Source: an uncultured Chloroflexia bacterium
Lineage (GTDB): Bacteria; Chloroflexota; Limnocylindria; Limnocylindrales; CSP1-4
NCBI GenBank assembly: GCA_963727055.1
Contig: CAVSEN010000002.1
Location: forward strand, 736,199-800,198
Reading direction: 5' to 3'
DNA length: 64,000 bases
Program-made: the position numbers and the translations under genes
Notes under the pieces: generated by a model
Told to the model about the DNA's origin: nothing
Seen by the model: only the letters and a program-made list of their open reading frames with translations
Databases searched by the model: none
Shown: positions 9,759-19,554 of the stretch, in pieces
How positions within the stretch are numbered: position 1 is the stretch's first letter
Layout: each line of letters begins with the position of its first letter

Positions 9759-10208
9759 TCAGCGATCAGCGGGCGCTCGCCCGTTCAAGCGAGCGAGGCG
9801 CGAGACGGCCAGCGGCAGACAGATGAGGAGCGTCGCCGCCAGGACGATGACCAGCATGTCGGGCACGGAATAGAGGATCGTCCGGACGTCACGCTCCGGG
9901 CCGCCGAAGCCGGTCGTCGGCAGGCCGATCAGGAGGCATTCGGCCCACAGGAGGCCGACGACGATCGCCGGCGGCACGGCCAGCAGGCGCAGCCATCCGA
10001 CCGGCTCGATGATATCCAGCACGGCCCCGAAGGCCGCCGTCAGCGCCAGCCCGACCACCAGCAGCGTCAGGCCGATGTCGATCCACGGCTCACGGGCCAG
10101 CCACCAGTCCCCGGCGATCAGCGCGGACCCGCCAGCCACCAACGCTCCGGCCAGGAGCGTCAGCAGACCAATCGCCAGGGCGGCTCGCCCGATCCTGCGG
10201 ATCGGCAT
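9759..10208 (-). CDS. hypothetical integral membrane protein (about 4 TM segments)
   Basis: MPIRRIGRAALAIGLLTLLAGALVAGG... contains four hydrophobic segments. Confidence 0.6.
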   Translation of the reverse strand: MPIRRIGRAALAIGLLTLLAGALVAGGSALIAGDWWLAREPWIDIGLTLLVVGLALTAAFGAVLDIIEPVGWLRLLAVPPAIVVGLLWAECLLIGLPTTGFGGPERDVRTILYSVPDMLVIVLAATLLICLPLAVSRLARLNGRAPADR

Positions 10209-10603
10209 CTCGATCTCCCCGCGAGATGGGTGCTCGGGGCACCGTCAGGTGGGCGCCACGCCATTTGAGTGTAGGCCTCCGGACCGCGGGCAAGATCGAC
10301 ACCAGATCCTGACGCGGGTACCACCTACAACAAATGGCCAATTCAGGGCCGCGAAATCACCTGGCTCGAGCCGACCGGCCACGCCGGCCTTCGACGTTCC
10401 GCCGAGCCCGTGCTCAATTCAGCTTGTGCCAGCCCGCGTGGCGTTTGGTCCGAGGACCGAACCGAGGTGAATCGGGCCGCCGGGCTCCCGTCTGTTGCAG
10501 GTGATACCCGCGGCCGCCTCCAGTGATCGGCGACCCGACCAGGGACCTGACCGAGGACCATGGGCGGCAGCCCCACGGCTCGAAGCCCGGCGAGGATCCT
10601 CGG

Positions 10604-11614
10604 TCAGGGCTGGGGCGTCGGGTCCGGTTCGCCGCTGATGACGTCCTCGACCTCGCGCACGCTGCTCGTCCAGCCGAGGCGCAGGAAGGCGGCGGCGCCG
10701 GTCACCGACGTCAGGACGAGGACCGTGGCATGGGCGAGCAGGGCGAGGGCGAAGGCCTGCTCGCTCGAGCGGCCCAGGGCCTCGGCGATCTTGACCGCGG
10801 CCAGCTCGTAGGTGCCGAGGTAGCCCGGCCCCGACGGAATCGCGGTGGCCAGGGCGACGCCGGCCGCCAGCAGCGACGCCTCGCCGATCAGCAGGTGCAG
10901 CCCGATCGCCTGGCCAATCGCGGCAAAGGCGATGACCGTCGCGCCCCAAGCGAGAACGCTCAGGACGAGGGCCTCGGCCAGGGTCCGCGGCCGGCCGGCG
11001 ACGGCCAGCCCGTCGCGCAGCTTGCGAGCGGCGTCGGCCACGCTCGGCCAGCGCTCGATCAGGGCGATCAGCCGGCGCGCCCCGGGCAGGCGGTTGGCGG
11101 CGATGCCCACCGCGAGCCCGACGATCAGCAGCCCGGTGACGGCCAGGCCGACCAGGATCGCGCTGGCCACGACGCCCCGGACGTTCAGGACGAGGATCGC
11201 CAGGGCGGCGATCGCCACGAGGACCGCGATGTCGACGATCCGCTCGACGACGACCGTGCCCAGGGTCGATGCCCGGCTGATCCGCTCCCGATCGCCGAGG
11301 TAGTGGCTGCGGACGAGCTCGCCGAGGCGGGCCGGCAGGACGTTGTTGGCAAGGTAGCCGACGAGCAGGTAGCCCAGGATCGGCAGGAACCGGACCCGCT
11401 GGATCGGCAGGATCAGGCGCTGCCAGCGAACGGCCCGGAACAGGACGTCGGTCGACAGGCAGAGCAGGCCGAACAGGAGCCAGGCCGGGCTGGCGGTCTG
11501 GATGATGGCCCAGGCCTGGCCGAGGTCGACGTCGCGCAGGACGAACCAGATCGAGAAGATCGAGATCGCGAGGCCGATCCCGACCCGCAGGATCGCCCCG
11601 TTCCGGCCGCGCAC
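10604..11614 (-). CDS. flippase-like / lysylphosphatidylglycerol-synthase-TM-region family (UPF0104) membrane protein
   Basis: RAVRWQRLI, NNVLPARLGELVRSHYL and PSGPGYLGTYE are characteristic of this family. GTG start lies 4 nt after the GT2 stop. Confidence 0.75.
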   Translation of the reverse strand: MRGRNGAILRVGIGLAISIFSIWFVLRDVDLGQAWAIIQTASPAWLLFGLLCLSTDVLFRAVRWQRLILPIQRVRFLPILGYLLVGYLANNVLPARLGELVRSHYLGDRERISRASTLGTVVVERIVDIAVLVAIAALAILVLNVRGVVASAILVGLAVTGLLIVGLAVGIAANRLPGARRLIALIERWPSVADAARKLRDGLAVAGRPRTLAEALVLSVLAWGATVIAFAAIGQAIGLHLLIGEASLLAAGVALATAIPSGPGYLGTYELAAVKIAEALGRSSEQAFALALLAHATVLVLTSVTGAAAFLRLGWTSSVREVEDVISGEPDPTPQP

Positions 11615-11618
11615 CCGG

Positions 11619-12422
11619 TCAGCCGGAGGTGGGGCGACGAGCGGTCAGCTGAGCCGAGCGGCGGATCCGGGTCGCGTGGAGCATGTAGCGCAGGACGACA
11701 CCGAGGGTCGACAGCCCGTAGACGACGCTGCGCTTGAAGCCGACCGAGCTGGCTTCCTCGAAATAGCGGGTCGGCACCCCGATCTCGCCGATCTTGAAGC
11801 GCCTGGCGGCGACGACCTGGGCGATCAGCTCCTGGTCGAAGACGAAGTCATCGCTGTTGAGGTCGTACGGGATCGCCTCGAGCAACGCCCGGCTGTAGGC
11901 TCGCAGGCCGGTGTGGTACTCGGACAGGCGCAGCCCGAAGACCAGGTTCTCGACCCCGGTCAGGAAGCGGTTGCTGAAGTACTTCCAGCGCGGCATCCCG
12001 CCGGCCAGCGGGTTCCCGAGGAACCGGCTGCCGAGCATCATGTCCTTCGTGCCGGCCACGATCGGCGCGATCAGGTCCGGGATCCGGGTCGCGTCGTACT
12101 GGTAGTCGGGGTGGAGCATGACGACGACGTCGGCGCCCTCCTCGAGGGCCGTCGCGTAGCACGTCTTCTGGTTGCCGCCGTAGCCCCGGTTCTGGCGATG
12201 GACGACGACCTGCAGCCCGAGGTTGCGGGCGATGTCGACCGTCTCGTCGCGGGACACGTCGTCGACCAGGATGATGTGGTCGACGACGTCGAACGGGATG
12301 TCCGAATAGGTCCGCTCGAGGGTCTGGGCCGCGTTGTAGGCGGGCATCACCACGATCACCCGCGGGCGCCCGTCGCGTGATCCGGGATCCGCCGGGACGG
12401 CCGCTGGCGATGTGGGGTTCAC
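11619..12422 (-). CDS. family 2 glycosyltransferase (polyprenyl-phosphate sugar synthase-like)
   Basis: VIVVMPAYNAAQTLERTY...ILVDDVSRDETV...HRQNRGYGGNQKTCY...DVVVMLHPDYQYD. The GTG start at 12422 was chosen by me. The 826-aa ORF extension upstream is Arg/Pro/Gly junk. Confidence 0.85.
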   Translation of the reverse strand: MNPTSPAAVPADPGSRDGRPRVIVVMPAYNAAQTLERTYSDIPFDVVDHIILVDDVSRDETVDIARNLGLQVVVHRQNRGYGGNQKTCYATALEEGADVVVMLHPDYQYDATRIPDLIAPIVAGTKDMMLGSRFLGNPLAGGMPRWKYFSNRFLTGVENLVFGLRLSEYHTGLRAYSRALLEAIPYDLNSDDFVFDQELIAQVVAARRFKIGEIGVPTRYFEEASSVGFKRSVVYGLSTLGVVLRYMLHATRIRRSAQLTARRPTSG

Positions 12423-12466
12423 GGGGCCGTAGCCTACCGCATCTCGGGGCGCCACCCATACCTCTC

Positions 12467-12472
12467 TATACT
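12467..12472 (+). promoter_or_regulatory. candidate -10 box TATACT, 7 nt before the ATG (leaderless transcript)
   Basis: CTATACTC is also found in front of the paralog at 14141. Confidence 0.4.
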
Positions 12473-12479
12473 CCTGCGG

Positions 12480-14051
12480 ATGCCGCGCCGGCCCGCCCTG
12501 ACATTCCGCTCGGTTTCGGGGGCTGGCCTGTTCGCCGTCGCCCTGGCGATCGGGGCGTATGTCGCCCGGCCATTCCAGACCGCGTCGATCGCCTTCGACA
12601 GCCAGGTCGCCGTCCTCGACTTCAGCCGGCTGCTGGCCGGACGCCACGTCGAGGTCTTCCTGTCGACCACACCCAAGCCCCTCCTCACGTTTGTCTTCGG
12701 CCCGCTCGAGCTGCTCAGCCATGACTGGCGAACCCTGGCCTGGGCGACGCTGATTGCCTTTGCCCTGGCCGTCGTCCTGGCGGCCGAGCTCGCCCGACGG
12801 TTGGGCGGGACAACGGCGTGGGCATTTGTCGGGACCGGGCTGGTCGGCTCGGGAGCGCTCCTGTTCGACGTCGGCTATGCCCTTGCGACGCCCTGGGCGC
12901 TGCTCGGCTGGGCCGTTGCCGGGCTGGCCGTCAGCGGCTCGCGACCGCGCTACGGGCTGGCCGGGGCCGCCCTCCTCGTCGCCTCGCTGGCCCGGCTCGA
13001 GACGCTCCTGATCGTGGCCGCGGCCGGCCTGGTCCTGCTCGCCCTCCGGGCCGGCCCGATCCGGCGGCTGGCCGCCGCGCACGGCCTCGCCCAGCCGCCG
13101 CGCCGGGCGTGGCTCGTCCTGATCGGGCTCGGAGCACTGCCCCTGATGGGCCTCCACGACCTCCTCATCTACGGCGATCCCCTGTTCTGGTCGACCGTGC
13201 CGGCACGCTATTCGGCGATCACCAGCCGGCCGATCCTGGCCGTCCCGGACCTGGTCGGCTGGCTCGTCGGGCGCTATTTCGGCATGTGGCCCCTGGTTGT
13301 CCTCGGGCTGGCCGGAGTCGTCCGGCTGGGGCGGCTGCGGGCAGGGGCGATCCTGGTCGGCCTGGCCGCGCTCGGCCCGGGGATGGCCGCCTTCCTCGTC
13401 GTCCTGGCCGCCCGCCGGATCGAGGTCCCTGATCGATACGCGGCGCCGATCGACCTCGCCCTGATCCTCGCGGCCGGCTTCGGGACGGCGTGGCTGCTGG
13501 GCGTCCTCGCCACCCGGTTGCGTGCCCGCCGTCCGACGCCCGTCGCCGGGCTGCTGACGGGACTCGCCGCGATGGTGCTCGCCCTGGCGGCCAGCTGGCC
13601 GTCGGGCTTCCTCGACGGCGGCCTCGCTGATTCGATCCACACCAGCCTCGCCCTGGCCGCCGACGTGGACCAGATGGAGCCGATCCTCGACGGGCTGGTC
13701 GATCGGTCGCCGGTCGGTCGAACCTGGCCGGCCGCGATCAGTCCGTCGCCGGACGGAGCCGGCCCGGCGCTGCTCCTGGTCCCCCTGCCCTACCGGCCCC
13801 GGATCTCGGTCGATCTCGATGCCCCGCTGACGACCATCGGCCAGCTCCTGCCCAACCGGATCGGCGCGCCGGGCACGGTCCCGGCGATCGGCCAGTTCCT
13901 TGTCCACGACCAGCACGCCGACGGCTCGTCCGCCGCGTTCGGCGCCTACGAGGCGACGACGCCGGTGACGATCGGCGGCGTCGCTGTCATCCCCGTCGCG
14001 GCGGATCCGGCCCGGGGCTGGTGGATCAGCGAGATCGAGGCGGCCCACTAG
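12480..14051 (+). CDS. polytopic GT-C-like (ArnT/PMT_2-like) membrane glycosyltransferase candidate with C-terminal soluble domain
   Basis: 523 aa with about 11-13 TM segments. The first loop reads FDSQVAVLDF...TPKPLLTFVFG, resembling the KPPL-type loop of ArnT/PMT_2. The C-terminal ~130 aa are non-hydrophobic. Confidence 0.6.
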   Translation: MPRRPALTFRSVSGAGLFAVALAIGAYVARPFQTASIAFDSQVAVLDFSRLLAGRHVEVFLSTTPKPLLTFVFGPLELLSHDWRTLAWATLIAFALAVVLAAELARRLGGTTAWAFVGTGLVGSGALLFDVGYALATPWALLGWAVAGLAVSGSRPRYGLAGAALLVASLARLETLLIVAAAGLVLLALRAGPIRRLAAAHGLAQPPRRAWLVLIGLGALPLMGLHDLLIYGDPLFWSTVPARYSAITSRPILAVPDLVGWLVGRYFGMWPLVVLGLAGVVRLGRLRAGAILVGLAALGPGMAAFLVVLAARRIEVPDRYAAPIDLALILAAGFGTAWLLGVLATRLRARRPTPVAGLLTGLAAMVLALAASWPSGFLDGGLADSIHTSLALAADVDQMEPILDGLVDRSPVGRTWPAAISPSPDGAGPALLLVPLPYRPRISVDLDAPLTTIGQLLPNRIGAPGTVPAIGQFLVHDQHADGSSAAFGAYEATTPVTIGGVAVIPVAADPARGWWISEIEAAH

Positions 14052-14128
14052 GCGACGGCGGGCGACCTGCCCGGGCGGCGGCCGGCCGAGGCGACGCAAC
14101 GACCGCCGGAACGGGCCCGGCGCCTGCC

Positions 14129-14134
14129 TATACT
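14129..14134 (+). promoter_or_regulatory. candidate -10 box TATACT, 6 nt before the ATG (leaderless transcript)
   Basis: Same CTATACTC context as at 12465. Confidence 0.4.
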
Positions 14135-14140
14135 CGGCGT

Positions 14141-15688
14141 ATGACCGGCAGCCCGCCCGTGGTCCGGAGCCAGCGAGCGGCGCTCGCTGCCTGCCTGCTC
14201 CTCTTCGCGGCCGCCTGCGCCGCGGCCTTCTACCTGATCGTGCCTGTGCGCGCCGGCCAGGTCGGCTTCGATGCGGCTGCCTCGGTCGTCTACTTCGACC
14301 GGCTCGTCCAGGGCCGCCACCTCGAGTCGTTCATCACCGCCACGCCCAAGCCGCTGCTGACCGTGGTCTACGGCATCCTCTACAACCTGTTCCACGACTG
14401 GCGCCCGATCTCCTGGCTGGTGATCGGCATGTTCGGGCTGAGCGCCGTCCTTGCTGCGATCCTGGCCGGCCGTTTCGGTGGGCTGCCGGCGGCGGCCTTC
14501 GCCGGGGTGGCGGTCATCGGCTCAGCGTCCCTGGTCGAGGACGTGGGCCTGAGCTACGCGGTCGTCTGGGCCTTCGCCGGCTGCCTGCTGGCCGGCCTGG
14601 CCGTGACCGGCACCCGACCGCGCTACGCTTGGGCGGGCGTGGCCCTGGCGCTCGCCGCCCTCGCCCGCTTCGAGGTCCTCCTGCTCGTCGGCCTGTGCCT
14701 CCTCGTGCTCGCGGGGCGCTGGCTGTGGTGGCGCCGGCGCGGGGGTCCCCGGCCCGACCCTCGGGCATGGCTGGTCCTGATCGGGCTGGCGGCGGTTCCC
14801 GTCCAGTTCGCCCACGACTGGCTGCTCACCGGCAACGCGCTGTACGCCGAGCACGTGCCCACCGTGGCGTCAGCGGGACTGCCCCTCCTGGGACCGCTCG
14901 AGACGATGTACAGCATCGGCCAGCACCTCCTGGGCGAGGGTGCGCTCGTCGCCCTGGCGGCGATCGGGGCGATCGCCCTCGTTCGCCGCCGGGCCTGGCC
15001 GCTCGTCGTCGGCCTCGCCGCGATGGGTCCCGGGGTGGCGGCCTTCCTCGTCTTCCTGGCGGCCCGCCGGATCTACATCTCGGGCCGCTACTTCGACCCG
15101 ATCGACCTGGCGGTCATCGTTGCCGCGGCCGTCGGCTTCGGGGCCGTGGTCGTACCCGACCTGGTCGACCTCGGCCGGCGGATCGTCCCGGCGACGCGGC
15201 GGACCGCCCTCCTGGTCGCCGGCGCGCTGATTGCCGGCGTCCTGTTCTCGGCGCCGTTCGCGCCGCTCAACAAGCCGGTCTTCCTGACGATCCGGACGAA
15301 CCTCGACATCGAGCGCAACGCGGCCGAGGCGCTGCCCGCCGTCCGGCGGGCGTTGGCCGCGGTCCCGGGCGTGACCGACTGGCCGGGCCCGACCGACGGC
15401 CGCCTGCCGGCCCTCTTCGTGCCGACCCTCCTGCGACCGCAGTTCGCGGTCGACCTGGGCCTGCCGATCAGCCAGGTCTCGGGCACGGCGGCGGCCCGGC
15501 TGGGGACCGACGGGACGTACCCGATCGCGGGCCAGGTGATCGTCCACGACGCCTTCGCCGAGCCCGACCCGGCGTTCGACTTCCTCGAGGTGGACAAGGC
15601 AACGACCGTCGGCCGAATCGTGGTCACCCCGCTCCTGTCCGATCCCGCCCGCGGGATCTGGGTGGACCGGATCGACCCGGCCCCGTAG
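14141..15688 (+). CDS. paralog of the preceding GT-C-like membrane protein
   Basis: Collinear motifs with 12480..14051: FDAAASVVYF...TPKPLLTVVYG, TRPRYAWAG, RAWLVLIGL, VHD and DPARGIW. Confidence 0.6.
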   Translation: MTGSPPVVRSQRAALAACLLLFAAACAAAFYLIVPVRAGQVGFDAAASVVYFDRLVQGRHLESFITATPKPLLTVVYGILYNLFHDWRPISWLVIGMFGLSAVLAAILAGRFGGLPAAAFAGVAVIGSASLVEDVGLSYAVVWAFAGCLLAGLAVTGTRPRYAWAGVALALAALARFEVLLLVGLCLLVLAGRWLWWRRRGGPRPDPRAWLVLIGLAAVPVQFAHDWLLTGNALYAEHVPTVASAGLPLLGPLETMYSIGQHLLGEGALVALAAIGAIALVRRRAWPLVVGLAAMGPGVAAFLVFLAARRIYISGRYFDPIDLAVIVAAAVGFGAVVVPDLVDLGRRIVPATRRTALLVAGALIAGVLFSAPFAPLNKPVFLTIRTNLDIERNAAEALPAVRRALAAVPGVTDWPGPTDGRLPALFVPTLLRPQFAVDLGLPISQVSGTAAARLGTDGTYPIAGQVIVHDAFAEPDPAFDFLEVDKATTVGRIVVTPLLSDPARGIWVDRIDPAP

Positions 15689-15716
15689 GATCGGGCTCGA
15701 CAGTCAGGAGCGGACG

Positions 15717-16319
15717 ATGTTCGAGCGACTCTTCGGGGGCAAGGCCCAGGATCCGGCAACCGCCACGCGGATCCCGCCCGGCCAGTACCGGACCGAGAAG
15801 TTCCCGGTCCTGCATTACGGCTCGACGCCGAAGACCGACCTCGCAACCTGGGACTTCAAGGTCTTCGGCGAGGTCGACAGCCCGTTCAGCCTGACCTGGA
15901 CCGAGTTCAAGGCGCTGCCGCGCAAGACGGTCCAGACCGACATCCACTGCGTCACCCGCTGGACGAAGCTCGACACGACCTGGGAGGGCGTGCCGATCCA
16001 GGTGATCCTGGAGCGCGCCCAGCTCCGGCCGGCGGCCCGCTTCGTGCTCGCCCACTCGGAGCAGGGCTACACCGCGAACCTGCCCCTGGCGATCCTCGAC
16101 GACGACGATGTCCTGCTGGCCGACACGTTCGGCGGCGAGCCGCTCGAGCTCGAGCACGGCTGGCCGCTCCGCCTTCTCGTCCCGAAGCGCTACTTCTGGA
16201 AGAGTGCCAAGTGGATTCGCGGCCTCGAGTTCGTGGACCACGACATCCTGGGCTTCTGGGAACGCTACGGCTACAACAACGACGCCGATCCCTGGAAGGA
16301 AGAGCGCTTCTCGGAATAG
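15717..16319 (+). CDS. sulfite-oxidase-like molybdopterin oxidoreductase (short cytoplasmic type)
   Basis: PPGQYRTEKFPVLHYGSTP...DIHCVTRWTKLDTTWEGVP...EHGWPLRLLVPKRYFWKSAKWIRGLEF. AGGAG lies upstream of the start. Confidence 0.8.
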   Translation: MFERLFGGKAQDPATATRIPPGQYRTEKFPVLHYGSTPKTDLATWDFKVFGEVDSPFSLTWTEFKALPRKTVQTDIHCVTRWTKLDTTWEGVPIQVILERAQLRPAARFVLAHSEQGYTANLPLAILDDDDVLLADTFGGEPLELEHGWPLRLLVPKRYFWKSAKWIRGLEFVDHDILGFWERYGYNNDADPWKEERFSE

Positions 16320-16367
16320 GCCCGCAGGCTGCGCGGCCGCCGGCCTTCGGGCCCTGTTCGGGCTCGT

Positions 16368-16437
16368 CTGCGGCCCCGGGCGGGTTCGTTTCCGCCGTTA
16401 CGCTGCGGCCCCGTGCGGGTTCGTTTCCGCCCGTGCC
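16368..16437. repeat. 35-bp tandem repeat, 2 copies
   Basis: CTGCGGCCCCGGGCGGGTTCGTTTCCGCCGTTACG is followed by CTGCGGCCCCGTGCGGGTTCGTTTCCGCCCGTGCC. Confidence 0.85.
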
Positions 16438-16441
16438 CCTG

Positions 16442-16464
16442 CCGATTCCACGTCCATGGTCGCT
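16442..16464. repeat. inverted copy of the 16621-16643 repeat arm
   Basis: CCGATTCCACGTCCATGGTCGCT is the reverse complement of AGCGACCATGGACGCGGAATCGA, with 21 of 23 positions matching. Confidence 0.75.
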
Positions 16465-16626
16465 CCGCGCAGAACACCACCCACAAGGGCCGCACAAGAC
16501 CGGAATCTGGTCGGGTGAGCCGTGGCTCGAGCGGCGGCTGAGCGTGGGGCAGGGTCGGGACGTCGCCCCGCCCGCCCTCGCAAGGCCTCCCGGCAGCTAG
16601 TCGAGCTGCCTTGCGCTGGCAGCGAC

Positions 16627-16660
16627 CATGGACGCGGAATCGATCGGGCTAACGCCCGCA
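16627..16660. repeat. 34-bp perfect direct repeat, copy 1
   Basis: CATGGACGCGGAATCGATCGGGCTAACGCCCGCA is identical to 16963-16996. Confidence 0.9.
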
Positions 16661-16725
16661 AAACGAAGGAGCAACGCGCCCGCTCGACGCCAGGCTCGGA
16701 GGCTAATCCTTGTCCATGTTCGCTC

Positions 16726-16889
16726 CATGAGCATTCTGGCGGTCTCGGAGCCATAAGGCCCGAGAGCCAGCCTCAATGCGCCTGGAATCCGCCGAGCCAG
16801 GAGCCGATTCGTGCTCAGCGCGGGCTCGTGAGCCCAGCCCGAACGAGTCCGAACGCCTACCGGGTCCCGTTCCCTTTGGGATACTCATG
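16726..16889. repeat. 164-bp element with terminal inverted repeats (MITE-like), copy 2
   Basis: The left end is CATGAGCATTCTGGCGGT. The right end is CCCTTTGGGATACTCATG. Interior blocks GGAGCCATAAG, CTCAATGC, GGAATCC and CGTGCTCAG match 9189-9366. Confidence 0.6.
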
Positions 16890-16962
16890 CAGCGAGCACG
16901 CAAGTTGCCTGGATCGACCCGGGCGATGTGACCCGCGCTCCCCGCGGGGCTGGACGCGGGCT

Positions 16963-16996
16963 CATGGACGCGGAATCGATCGGGCTAACGCCCGCA
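16963..16996. repeat. 34-bp perfect direct repeat, copy 2
   Basis: Identical to 16627-16660. It ends 11 nt before the stop of the Lon-N gene. Confidence 0.9.
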
Positions 16997-17007
16997 GAAC
17001 CAAAGGC

Positions 17008-17772
17008 TCAGTTGCGCCGGATCGCCGCGCTGCGGGGATCGACGCTGTAGTTGCGCAGGCGACGCTCGAGCAAGGTGATCTCGCGCTCGATCAGGCGCAG
17101 CAGCTCGTCGATCCGCTCGACCGTGGTGTCCGCTTCGAGGAGCGCCTGGCGGCGGGGCTGGTCGACCTGGACGATCCCGCTTAGCAGGTAGGACAGGACC
17201 GTCGGGTCGTCCGGGATCGTCACCCGGACCTCCTCGGCCGGGCCGGGCGGTGAGCGGCCGGCAACGACCTCGCCCTCGTCCGACTCGTCCTCCTCGACGT
17301 CGACCTCGACCTGGACGTCGATCTCGGCGCCGTCCTCACCCTCGGCCGGCTGGAGCAGGGCGAGGTAGCGCACGAAGCGCTGGGTCACCTCGGTCGTCAG
17401 GCGCTCGGCTCGTTCGGCGTCGCCGACCGGCTCGTCCAGCTCGGTCACCTCGCCGACCAGGTACGGCTCGCGGCCGACGGCCACGCTCTCGATCCGGAAC
17501 CGGCGGGTCCCGACGACGAGCAGGTCGTAGCGGCCGTCGCTGTACTTCGATGCCTCGCGGATCTCGGCGATCGTGCCCACGGTGGCGATCGAGGTCGCCC
17601 CGGCGCCGACCTCGCGCCCGTCGCGGATGAGGACCACGCCGAACGGCTGGTCCCGCTCGAGGCAGCGCCGGACCATCAGCCGGTAGCGCTCCTCGAAGAC
17701 CTTGAGCGGCAGGGCGACTCCCGGACAGAGGACCGTGTGCAGGGGGAAGAGCGGCAGCTCCACGTCAGGCAC
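17008..17772 (-). CDS. LON N-terminal (substrate-binding) domain protein
   Basis: LPLFPLHTVLCPGVALPLKVFEERYRLMV...FGVVLI...GTIAEI. Contains an acidic insert, EGEDGAEIDVQVEVDVEEDESDEGE. Confidence 0.8.
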   Translation of the reverse strand: MPDVELPLFPLHTVLCPGVALPLKVFEERYRLMVRRCLERDQPFGVVLIRDGREVGAGATSIATVGTIAEIREASKYSDGRYDLLVVGTRRFRIESVAVGREPYLVGEVTELDEPVGDAERAERLTTEVTQRFVRYLALLQPAEGEDGAEIDVQVEVDVEEDESDEGEVVAGRSPPGPAEEVRVTIPDDPTVLSYLLSGIVQVDQPRRQALLEADTTVERIDELLRLIEREITLLERRLRNYSVDPRSAAIRRN

Positions 17773-17840
17773 CGGAAACGGAAACGCCGCCGGGGTGGAT
17801 CACCGGCGGCGTTGGCTCGTGGGCCGTCAGGCCGGCCGCC

Positions 17841-18221
17841 TCAGTGCGCGCAGCCCCGCGGCGCGCCGCCATCGTCGGCCGTCCGGAAGCTCGAGCCGCA
17901 GCCGCAGGCCGCGACCGCATTCGGGTTGTTGACCGTGAAGCCGGCGCCCATCAGGGTGTCGACGTAATCGATCTGCGAGCCGCGCAGGAGGTCGATGCTC
18001 TTGCCATCGACATAGACTTTGACCCCGTTCGCCTCGAGCATCTTGTCGTCGGGCGTCGGCGCGTCCTCGATCATCATTCCGTACTTGAAGCCGGAGCAGC
18101 CACCGCTGTAGACGTAGACGCGCAGGCCGATCTCGGGGCTCGTCTCGGCCGCGGTCAGCTCGCGCAGCTTGCTGGCGGCGGCGTCGGTCAGGCTGAGCGT
18201 ATCGGGCTGGATGTCGAGCAT
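17841..18221 (-). CDS. erpA: HesB/IscA/ErpA-family iron-sulfur cluster insertion protein
   Basis: [17 protein letters not shown]...[18 protein letters not shown]. The ATG at 18221 is preceded by GAAGGAAG. Confidence 0.85.
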   Translation of the reverse strand: MLDIQPDTLSLTDAAASKLRELTAAETSPEIGLRVYVYSGGCSGFKYGMMIEDAPTPDDKMLEANGVKVYVDGKSIDLLRGSQIDYVDTLMGAGFTVNNPNAVAACGCGSSFRTADDGGAPRGCAH

Positions 18222-18321
18222 TCGGCTTCTTCCTTCGCGCGGCGTTCGTGTGCGGCTCATCGTACGCATCGCAACGAGTTTCGACAAGCCTTCAGCCGAA
18301 ACTCGTCCGGCTCGGGCCGGA

Positions 18322-19550
<1,229 letters not shown>

Positions 19551-19554
<4 letters not shown>

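Noticed and set aside
10209-10603. Possible riboswitch (a ydaO-like GAGGTGAATC / CCGAACCG was noticed) or small RNA in the lower-GC gap.
   Set aside because: The conserved elements are in the wrong order and on the wrong strand relative to the neighbouring genes. No full consensus could be matched by eye.
11619-14099. 826-aa ORF that would give the GT2 a 560-aa N-terminal extension.
   Set aside because: The extension is Arg/Pro/Gly/Asp junk lying antisense to the well-formed GT-C-like gene at 12480..14051. The GT2 domain starts at the GTG at 12422.
9370-16437. Possible CRISPR arrays, suggested by the 35-36-bp repeat units.
   Set aside because: There are only about 2 copies, placed directly head to tail with no spacers, and no cas genes in the window.
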